In this document: positions 37,216 to 46,921 of the stretch, one piece after another
How the letters are laid out: each line of letters starts with the position of its first letter
Position numbering within the stretch: position 1 is the first letter of the stretch
Assembly: GCA_052327205.1 (NCBI GenBank)
Contig: CM126214.1
Location: 54,002,001-54,066,000, forward strand
Direction of reading: 5' to 3'
Length of the DNA stretch: 64,000 nt
From: Somniosus microcephalus
Taxonomy: Eukaryota
Program-made: the position numbers and the translations under genes
Notes under the pieces: generated by a model
Databases searched by the model: none
What the model saw: the letters and a program-made list of their open reading frames with translations, nothing else
What the model was told of the DNA's origin: nothing

Positions 37216-37658
37216 GACTTCACCCGTTACAGAAGTGTGCACCCTCTGACTCACTGTGAGCAATGCCACGCGTGATCGGCTAGTTTGTAGCAAAATGTTA
37301 AACACCGTCAAGACTTCATTTCCACGATCCCAACATCCACCATTTTGTGAACAACACTGAGGCAGTACCATTTCTATGTTGGTGCACTGGCTGATGTACC
37401 ACTTACAGAACTGAGCGAGGAACGTATCTCAATCATGACACACTTCCTATTTGTGTCACGGACAGGGAAAAACTGGGACCATCGTGGGTTCAGGAATTAT
37501 TTGTGAACCACGGTTGTGTATCACAGCATATTCGCTTGAAGTACTGTTGGATGGGCTTTTGTTATGACTCGAATGTTATATCACATAACACATCATATGT
37601 TACAGAACAAGAAGAGTCTTTTATACCTTCCCAGTCCTTTTTTGATATGCATAAAGGT

Positions 37659-37808
37659 ACATAAGAACATAAGAAATAGGAGCAGGAGTAAGCCATATGG
37701 CCCCTTGAGCCTGCTCCGCCATTCATTATGATCATGGCTGATCTTCTGCCTCAACTCCACATTCCCGCCTAATCCCCATATCCCTTGATTCCCTTAGTGT
37801 CCAAAAAT
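37659..37808 (-). mobile_element. CR1 3' UTR fragment
   Basis: (acataaga)2 tail followed by aataggagcaggagta... Confidence 0.8.
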
Positions 37809-38476
37809 GGTCCAGGGACTGCCTTGAGGAAATATGCCTGCTGCTGAGATGGAGTTATGTTTAAACTAGTCTGTCCCTTTAAGGTCACAGAGTGTACTCA
37901 GCGCTTTAAAATAGTCACTTCCTAAGGTCAGTTAGAGACTATTTATGGTTTGCCTCTAGATTGACAATGGATTGTAAACCCATGATTCTTTCACTAAGAG
38001 GAGGCCAGGTTATCAAAGTTTGCAGCCAACACAAAGCTGGGTCAGCGTGTATGCTGTGAGGAGGATGCTGAGAAACTCCAGTATGATTTGGACAGGTTGG
38101 GTGATTGGGCAGATGCATGGCAGATGCAGTATAATGTGGATACATGCGAGATTATCTACTTTGGTGGCAAAAACAGGAAGGCAGATTATTATCTGAATGG
38201 CAATAGATTGGGAGAAGGGGAAGTGCAAAGAATCCTGGGTGTCCTTGTGCACCAGTCACTGAAGGTAAGCATGCAGGTGCAGCAGGCGGTTAAGAAGGCA
38301 AATGGTATGTTGGCCTTCGTAGCGAGAGGATTCGATTACAGGAACAAGGATGTCTTGCTGCAGTTGTACAGGGCCTTGGTGAGACCACAACTTGAGTATT
38401 GTGTGCAGTTTTGGTCACCTTATCTGAGGAAGGATGTTCTTGCCATGGAGGGAGTGCAGCGAAGATTCACCAGACT

Positions 38477-38733
38477 TGTTAAATCTGTGAGTTGTTCAAG
38501 TAATTAATACTCAGACTTAATCAGTAACAATAAAACAGGTCTTTACTGGTTGGAGGTAGGGACTATACGTAGGTCTTTACTTCATGCCCACAGGCGGGAA
38601 CTGAGGGGATATCAGTACCCACAGTACTATTTATACCCCTATGGCCAGGAGTGGTACTGCGTATCACTACGCCCAACAAGTAGTGCAGTCCTGTCCATAG
38701 GTTCAAAGTAGCACACATATTACATACACAACA
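38477..38733 (-). repeat. 3' LTR
   Basis: Direct repeat of 41860-42116, adjacent to the PPT. Confidence 0.97.
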
Positions 38734-39049
38734 TTCCTCCCTTCCTAGCTTTACAGTCATCTCCCCATTTAACATAACGTAATAACATATATACATATAT
38801 AACTTCAGGTTTACATAACAGAATAACATAGATACATAGATAACTTCATGTCAAAACAGATCACAGATTCAGTCTCTGCGGAAAACAGTTCACAGATTCA
38901 ATCTCTGTGGTGGAGTCGGTTCACGTTGCTGGAGTGACTCATTCAATAGTCCTTCCATGGATTTAACAGTTTGAACTTCCGAACTGAATTGGCTCCGTTC
39001 GGAGGGACCACGTGTGTGATCTGGTAGAGGTGATAATGGTTCAGATGGG

Positions 39050-39300
39050 TCATCTTCTGTTTTTACTTTTCCTTTTCTGCTTCTTGGAGACTCTCTGGGC
39101 TCCATTGTCAGCTGCCACAGCTGCCAGCTGCATGCGCAGTTCCTCCTTCTCTTCCTCCTGTTTCCGTCGTAGAGCCAGCTTCTCCCGATGTTCCGTAGAC
39201 TTTTGGTGCTCCTCCATGATTTCTGCACTTTGGGAGTCGAAGTTACAAGCTGGGCAGGACAGGACATCGTAATATTCGGTGTCGTCCACCAGGTCATAGT
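39050..39300 (-). other. DNAJC21: Captured segment resembling the first C2H2 zinc finger and basic tract of DNAJC21
   Basis: YDVLSCPAC...[23 protein letters not shown]...[10 protein letters not shown] resembles recalled DNAJC21 YDDLYCPAC...[25 protein letters not shown]...QKLSKKQKKK. Confidence 0.68.
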
Positions 39301-41305
39301 AATATTCGGTGTCGTCCTGAGCTAGACCAGTGAGAGGGTCGTCTATTTCCTCCATACCCAGCTGGACGTTAGCCAGCTCTTGTTCCAAATCCAGACATCT
39401 TTCCTGAAGAGACTTCTTCATGTGTACCTCTGCATCCAGCTTTTTCTGGGCTTTCAGCAAGTCGTTTACTAGTGACCTCATTTGTGATTTTAATACTTCA
39501 ACTTCCTTTGGAGATTGATTGATCGGACTATGCAATCCCTCTACCGGAGCAGCTGTTTCAGCGGCCTGTTGTTCTACGTTGACGTGAGTCAGCGTACTTT
39601 TGGCATCCAAGGGCTGCTCTGTTGCAGTCATCTCAGTCTGTGTTGCCACCTCAGCTCTTCCAATAACCTTTGAGAGCTCCGAACCCCTTTCGTTTGAATA
39701 TTGAAGTTCGTGTTCAAGTTTTTCCCATTTCAGAGTCCTGTCCTTCAGCATATGCAGGAGTTGGCTGACCGTTAACTCCTCTGACATCAGACGTTTTGTG
39801 TGCTCCTGTTCCATTTTCTCCATCAGCTGCTTCTGTTGTCTTTCCAGATTCTCCAACTCTATATCAAAGAACTCTTTCGTTGCATTCAACTCTTGCTCAC
39901 AACGGCGAAGCATTTGTTCTAATTGCTGTTGTAGTTTGAAATGGAGTTGAGTTCGAGCCCGGTGTCCCTCAGAAATGGGCACATCAGTAGACTTGCCAGA
40001 CTCAGAATCCACAGTTAAACTATGTTGTTGTTGCTCAGTGGAATTCTGTGCTGAAACTTTGTCTTTTGCACCTGAGTTGGGCTTACCATCATCCGTTCCA
40101 GAGTCTGGGCCGACTATCTTCACCGAGTTCTCACTCGTTATTGTTTGTAGGAAATGCCAGTCCATATTCATTTTCCTAATCCACTCCCGTCCTAGTAGTG
40201 GAGGACCTCCTTCAGATATCACATATAAGTCCATTATTTGACTGTCTTCGCCCTTGTGGACCACTGCAACCTCTATTTTCCCGATGGGGTACACTCTTTG
40301 CCCCGTGTATGTTTCCAATATAATCCCCGTATCCTGTAGGGGAATATGTTGGAATAACTTTCCGTAATCTTTCTTATTTATGACCGTCAATGCCGATCCA
40401 GTGTCCAATTCCAGTTTTACTTGGACTCCTTCTATCTGAAGAGTGACCCAAATTGTCTGGAGGTCTGCACCCTTACCAGCGTTGAGTACTCTTAAGCTAG
40501 CCAGTTCATTACAGCTTAAGCTAGCCAGTTCATTACTGCTAGCGTCTGAATCGGACTCCTGTTCGGTCACCTTGTGTACCTTTGCGTATTTTCCTTGCGG
40601 TGACTTCTTGTTGCTGGTCTTCTTCCCTGACCTGCATACTCTAGCTATATGTCCAAGCCTACCACAAGTTCTACATTCTTGGTTTTTAAACCAACACTGG
40701 TTCTGATCATGCGTTGTCTTTCCACAACGATAACATTTGCCAGAACTCACACCCAATTTGTGTGCACTGAGCTCCGGTGACCGTAGCTGCATTACTGCCG
40801 TGCCTCTCGCTGCGGCTTCGTGTGCTGCTGCCATAGTGACCGCCTTCTCAAGCATCAGCTCATTCTCCTCGAGCAGTCGCTTTTGTGTATCCTATTTAAA
40901 TAAACCACACACAAATTTGTCTCGAAGTGCCTCTGTCAGTCCCGTTCCAAACTGGCAATATTTCGCTAATTTACGCAATTCCAGCAAATAATCAGCATTG
41001 CTTTCATGCTGTAGCTGCCTTCTGTCATAAAATTTAAATTGTTCCGCTAGCATCAGCGGCGTGGGGTTTAGATGATCTTTCAGGACAGTAACAATCTCAT
41101 CGAACGTCTTATCCGCCGGTTCATCTGGTGATAACAGGTGTTTCAATTGCCCGTATGTCTTCGCACCCATTAAATTTAATAATGTTAGAGCTTTATCTTG
41201 GTCACGAATTTTATTGGCCTTACAATAATTTTTTACTCTTTCAACATATATGGCCCAATCTTCGAGGTCACTATCAAAGGTGCTAATATTCCCGTGTTTA
41301 GGCAT
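39050..41305 (-). CDS. Chimeric Gag-protease-(STK10/OPTN/DNAJC21-like) polyprotein, about 751 codons, with one in-frame TAG at 40892-40894
   Basis: ORFs 40892-41392 and 39050-40855 are in the same frame. Gag (LRDKFVCGL), two knuckles ([22 protein letters not shown]), protease LELDTGS..LLGREW, then coiled-coil segments and a C2H2-type finger. Confidence 0.88.
39347..39784 (-). other. OPTN: Captured segment resembling the optineurin central coiled coil
   Basis: EELTVSQLL..., RAEVATQTE and [36 protein letters not shown] align in order with recalled [21 protein letters not shown] and [36 protein letters not shown]. Confidence 0.8.
39788..39970 (-). other. STK10: Captured segment resembling the STK10/LOK (SLK family) C-terminal coiled coil (PKK region)
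   Basis: [57 protein letters not shown] resembles recalled STK10 EEHRNQTQL...[42 protein letters not shown]. Confidence 0.8.
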
Positions 41306-41848
41306 TGTAGATTTGCAATTTCTCAGATTTTTTTTTTTTTTACTGCTATCCAAGATGGCGGCTTCCCGCTCTTGCCGTCGTCCTCCGCCCACAAAATGAC
41401 GGTTTTCCCGCGCTTGGCGGTCTTCACCCGTCCCCCAACGCCGTCTCCCTTCAGCCCCCGAGTGCGGCCCTTATCTTCGCCGCGATCGCCCGAGTGCGGC
41501 CCTTATCAGCGGATGCGATCGCTGGATCGCGAAGCAGCTCTCGGCTCTTATCAGGAGATGCGATCGCTCCGTTGAAACGCCTCCCGCTTGAAGCGGCTCT
41601 CGCGCCCTATTCCTCCAGCTCCCCCAGCCCCGTTCGTGCGGCCAACGCGGTCGACTGCCTGTCGCGTCGCTGCCCGGCTCAGACAACGGCTTACCCACCA
41701 CCAAGCTGGAGAAGAAGCTGACGGTCGCCGATGGAGGCTCCGAGGTCAGGATGTCTTCCAGTGGGGTGGAGAGGGTGGAAACCTCTCTGCAACGTCCTGG
41801 CTGTGGACGAAGCTGCCGTGGAGTGACTGCCGCAGGGTCCGAATCAGA

Positions 41849-41858
41849 CTCGTCGCCA
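41849..41858 (-). promoter_or_regulatory. Primer binding site complementary to the 3' end of tRNA-Ser(GCU)
   Basis: TGGCGACGAG lies 1 nt downstream of the 5' LTR; it is the complement of ...CUCGUCGCCA. Confidence 0.8.
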
Positions 41859-41859
41859 G

Positions 41860-42116
41860 TGTTAAATCTGTGAGTTGTTCAAGTAATTAATACTCAGACT
41901 TAATCAGTAACAATAAAACAGGTCTTTACTGGTTGGAGGTAGGGACTATACGTAGGTCTTTACTTCATGCCCACAGGCGGGAACTGAGGGGAGATCAGTA
42001 CCCACAGTACTATTTATACCCCTATGGCCAGGAGTGGTACTGCGTATCACTACGCCCAACAAGTAGTGCAGTCCTGTCCATAGGTTCAAAGTAGCACACA
42101 TATTACATACACAACA
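41860..42116 (-). repeat. 5' LTR
   Basis: Direct repeat of 38477-38733. Confidence 0.97.
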
Positions 42117-42985
42117 AGACTGATACCTGGGATGGCAGAAATGATGTATGAGGAGAGATTGGGTCGATTGGGCTTATACTCGCTGGAGTTTAGAAGAATG
42201 AGAGGGGATCTCATTGAAACTTATAAAATTCTAACAGGACTAGACAGGCTAGATGCAGGAAGGATGTTCCCGATGGCAGGGGAGTCCAGAACCAGGGGTC
42301 ACAGTCTAAAGATAAGGGGTAAGCCATTTAGGGCAGAGATGAGGAGGAATTTCTTCACCCAGAGAGTGGTGAACCTGTGGAATTCTCTACCACAGAATAT
42401 ATTCAAGAAGGAGTTAGATATATTTCTTAAGGCTAAAGGGATCAAGGGCTATGGGGAGAAAGCAGGGACAGGGTACTGAATTTGGATGATCAGCCATGAT
42501 CTCATTAAATGGCAGAGCAGGCTCAAGTGGCCAAATTGCCTACTCCTGGTCCTATCTTCTATGTTTCTATGTTAAACCAACAGGGAATGACTGGCTTTCT
42601 TTCTCTTTTTTTATACTTTTCTAACGATTGCTCAGTTACGACTTGTTGCTGTTTTATGAATGTAATACCTGAGCCAATCTGGTATAAGTGTGGCACTTTG
42701 CATGCTTGGCATTTTCAAGTGGAATTATTTCTAGTGTGACACTTAGAGATGTGGTGGATGAGCTAAATGTAAGACTTTAATATTTATACTCGCTGATCTC
42801 CTGTGATGTTGCTTATGGTAAATTGGATGATTACAAGGACAGATTATACCATGAAACACACGTTATATTATTCTGCTGCCAAGATGATTCAGTATTCAGT
42901 GTCACGTTAAGGCCACAAAGTGTATTTGATGTAAATAGGTACACCTTGCGATCAATTAGAGGTTAGTTGCTATCATAGAAACATA

Positions 42986-43616
42986 GGGGGTGATTTTGCA
43001 AGCCCTCGGGAGGCCTGGGGGCTTCCCAAAGGCTCCAAAACCCGCCAGCTCAGCGAGGCGAGTACTGGGTCTACAGGGGTCGGGGGGGGGGGTGCAAAAG
43101 TGTGGTGTGAAGTTAAGTGCTGGGTGCAAGAGTGGAGAGGTGAGTATCTGAGGTAAGTGCAAAATGTTTTTAAAAGTGTACTTACCTTTGTTTCTTCTTG
43201 CAGGCTTCAGTCGGTTTCTATACGGAGAGTCTCACACCTCCGTCTTGCAGATGAGAGATGGCCGTTGCATTCTCAGATGCAACAAACATCTCAATTCTGT
43301 AAAAGAAAGAAGGTTGATGAGGTCTTGTAAGCAAGGCCTCATCAAACTACAGAGAATGTCACTGTTTGACAGCTTCACAGAGCTGTCAAATGATGACAAT
43401 TGATCTGTCAAAAATTTTTGACAGATGAAACGTCATACGTTGACGTGCTCTGCAACCAGCTTTCCCTTAATTGGCTTGCTAAGCCCGCTGGGCGGGCTTA
43501 ACAAGGTCAATCAAGGGAAAATAGCGTGGGTTGTCCACAAATCGATGGAGGTGGAACATCGACCCGACAAGCAGCAGTCCCGCCTCCAACGTGCCCCCAT
43601 TCACAAAATCGTCCCC
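42986..43616. mobile_element. Non-autonomous Harbinger-type TIR element (MITE)
   Basis: Ends GGGGGTGATTTTG / CAAAATCGTCCCC resemble the TIRs at 8637 and 10448; TA(A) flanks; internal hairpins at about 43365-43425. Confidence 0.7.
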
Positions 43617-44076
43617 TAAGAAAAATAGGAGCAGGATAGGTCATTCGGCCCTTTGAGCCTGCTCCACCATTCAATATAATCATAGCTGATCCTCTATCTC
43701 AATACCATATTCCCGCTCTCTCCCCATACTCCTTGATGCCTTTTGTGTCTAGAAATCTATCTCCTTCTTAATTATATTCAGTGACTTGGCCTCCACAGCC
43801 TTCTGTGGTAGAGAATGCCATAGGTTCACCACCCTCTGAGTGAAGAAATTTCTCCTCATTTCAGTCCTAAATGTCCTACCCCGTATCCTGAGACTGTGAC
43901 CCCTTGTTCTAGACCCCCCCAGCCAGGAGAAACATCCTCCCTGCATGTAGTCTGTCTAGCCCTGTCAGAATTTTATACGTTTCAATGAGATCCCCTCTCA
44001 TTCTTCTAAACTCTAGTGAATACAGGCCTAGTCGACCCAATCTCTCCTCATACAACAGTCCTGCCATCCCAGGAAT

Positions 44077-46921
44077 TGTAAGGGGTTTTTCTTGCTAGGT
44101 CCCTCTCTCTGGTGAGACCTCTCTCTTTTGCACAGTAATTTACCGAGTGGTTCGACCCACTCACCCCTTAGGTTCTGTACACTGGACTTTGAGGCAGGAA
44201 CTACAATGCAGAGAATACTCTGTAGACCAAGTTTAATGAAACAAAGTGAAATTTTATTGCATAAAGGAAAAATTGAATGTAAGCCAAAGATAAGGTACAT
44301 GGGAGGGAAAAACAAATCATAATACAGTACTAACCAATATATCCACAGGCATATTACACTTTAAAAGGTTCACCATGAAATAGGGAAACGCACGGAACAT
44401 CGAGGGACAACAACTCATTTGTAGGGGTTGTTGGTTGGGTGGTCGGTTTGGCCCGGGCCTGACCCAGTGGACGTTTTCGAGGCGTCCCCACACTCCCACT
44501 CAGTTCTGACACTGGGATCCTACCAGGCAGCTGATGCGCAGAATAACAAGCTCGAGACAGACAAGCAGGTGAAAGGTTAAAATAATAACGGTTTTATTGA
44601 GAGAAAAATAAAACAAAACAGGCAAGCAGAGAAATTAATTGGTTCAACGATACTAAACCAAGGCTACAGCTCTATACACTTTAAAAAAAAAGGGAATACT
44701 ATATATTCAAAACAGAGGGCACGCGAGTGCGGGAAGGAGTACGACACATCGAGGGGTATCACACATTAACACTCCCCTTAGCCTTATCCCCACCTCCTAC
44801 ACTATCCCTAACCTAGGTCGAACTAAAGGGGGGTCAGACTCTCATGCTCACCCAACGCATTGGAACAAAGGCCTTTAGGTTGTCCTGGGACTGCAGCTTT
44901 AGTTGGTCTGGCCTGGTAAAGTTCAGTGTGCACTGGCCACACACTCTCCCGTCAGTCAGGTAGTGGATCTTCCTCCTTGGCTGGGCGAATAGGCTTCCCT
45001 CCTGGGTCGGGCTGCGCCGTTTAGCGAGGCCCGCTCTGGGCTCCGGTCCGTACCGGGATGGTGCACTCCATCCCGTGTCTTCCTGGTTCCACTCTGAATC
45101 CCTGCCTGAGGTGGTGGGCACGGGGGTGGGGGGAACAGTCAGGTTTAAATCGGGAGGCAGTACGGACCGGGAGCTTCGCCTGCTTACCAAAGCATGGGCC
45201 TGCTGCGCATAGCCTTCCCCGCCTTGGAGACTGCTTCTCCCAGTAGAGTCCTCGAAGTTTCCTTTTTGCAGCGAAGTCCCAGGATGAAATCGAAGTGAAG
45301 TGTAGAAGCTATCTCTCCCGAAGTGTGTTCCAAGTCGAAGTGTCTCCAACTGCCCTTTCTGTCTGCTTACTAAAAACAGTTATACTCTCTCGATCTGCCT
45401 TGCCTCCCCCAGCTCAAGAGGTGTCCCAGGTTACTTCGTTAACTGTAAATGGCTGCAAAACGGCCAATTTCCCACTGACGGCCTTATCACCGGCCCTCAT
45501 TGTTTTTGGTTTCAGTCACACAATGGTATCTCTGGTGCCTAGTCCTCTAAAACGGCTTCTGATATGATTGGATCTGTTAGGATGGGCCCGATGATGGTTT
45601 TAACTAGCTTAACCCTGATTGCAGTGCAACCAGTTTATTGTTCTTACCGGCCTACTGGCGACTTGCTATTACATATTCAATTCCATGTCTGGCCTGGAAT
45701 CCACATAGGGACTGTGGAATTCCAGGCCCTGTCTCCAGTCTTGTTGCTGGGGAGAAAAATGACTCACTTCCAGCAGCTTTCTGGTCACGTGTCCCAGAAC
45801 TCCATTTTGTACGTTTAAAAAGTGGCCAACTTTGTTTGATTCGGAAAGCAGGCGAGGTGGGGGAATTTTGCAAACTCCCTACACATTGTTAATTATCCTC
45901 TAAAATGCCCACCCCCTAAACCTAGCTAGATTAGATTATGAGGGGCCAGAAACATGCTCACCAGTCCCAGTTAGAAAATAGAGGTTTTGAAGTCTGCGTT
46001 TTGGTCCTCTCAGGCGTCCTGTCTCCACGTGGTCAGCGGAACGCAGCGGGCTGCGACACACTCTTCTCTCCCTCGAGGTGATGGACTCGGACAGGCTGGA
46101 TGTTAGCAGGCCTGGACGTCGGCGTGGAGAGAGACCAACTTTTCATATAGGTTTCTTCTTGGAGGGTCGCCGTCTTTTCGTCTCGTCAAATGGCCCGGGG
46201 TTTGTCGATGATCTCCCGATAGCTACCCCGGGTCTGGGCGCTGACTCGATCTTCCCTCTCGAACCTCTCTCTCCGAACTCGAACCTCGATCCTCGATCAT
46301 CTGAACCCAATCCTCTCCTCGATCGTCTCAGCTCGAGCCTCTGAACTCGATCGTCTTCCGATTCTCTGAACTCCTGATAGCTACCCCGGGTCTCCAATTA
46401 TACTTCTCATCGAGGCCCTTATCTCCCGCCATATCAAGGTTAGTCTTTGTTTAACTTTTGGCGGGCTTGTAGCACAGCGGGGTAGTCATTGTGTTTAAAG
46501 TACTTTCAGGATGGCCAGTAACTGCCATCTCTGGTCTGGAATTACCTTGTATTGTCTTTAATGGGTCTTGATGTTCCCCTTTGAATTTGAAGCTGTTTCC
46601 CTTTTGTCTGGGTAAACATTTTGATGGCCTTTATATACAGGCCGATCTGATTGGATCTGCATCCAATCCATATGTATGGGGTTCTGTCTGGTTTCGCATT
46701 CTCCGAAATTGCATTCCAGAACTTACTGTGGGCTGAATCCACAAAAGCTGTCTGTGGACTGCAGGAACCATTTTTAAATGTCCCAAAAAGCTGGTCACGG
46801 GGTCTGGTGGCCATTTTGTGTGCCCCTTTATCTGGGCTTCTTTTAAAACAGTCTTTTAAAATTAAGGCCTTTTCTGCCAATAGACCCTTATAGGACAATG
46901 TTCAATTTTGCGAATCCTACA
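44077..46921 (-). mobile_element. Large non-coding TG...CA insertion (solo LTR, probably with a second solo LTR nested at about 44513-46058); 4-bp TSD GAAT
   Basis: TGTAAGG...CCTACA termini; GAAT at 44073-44076 and 46922-46925; CR1 resumes exactly; two minus-strand AATAAA (about 44253 and 44593); no retroelement coding motifs. Confidence 0.85.

Larger units (their letters stand above)
38477..42116 (-). mobile_element. Non-autonomous Gypsy (Mag-like) LTR retrotransposon carrying captured host gene segments; 5-bp TSD AGACT
   Basis: 257-bp LTRs at 38477-38733 and 41860-42116 (one mismatch seen); AGACT at 38472-38476 and 42117-42121; PBS TGGCGACGAG (41849-41858); PPT AGGAAGGGAGGAA (38734-38746); no RT, RNase H or integrase motifs. 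Confidence 0.96.
38055..42572 (+). mobile_element. 5'-truncated CR1 LINE split by an LTR element (halves 38055-38476 and 42117-42572)
   Basis: ORF2 reads ...VQRRFTRL | IPGMAEM... across the insertion; tail ttctatgtttctatgtt at about 42557-42572. Confidence 0.93.

Noticed and set aside
40892-40894. TAG as a programmed gag-pol readthrough
   Set aside because: It lies mid-Gag, before the zinc knuckles, and lacks a typical readthrough context; more likely a nonsense mutation in this copy.
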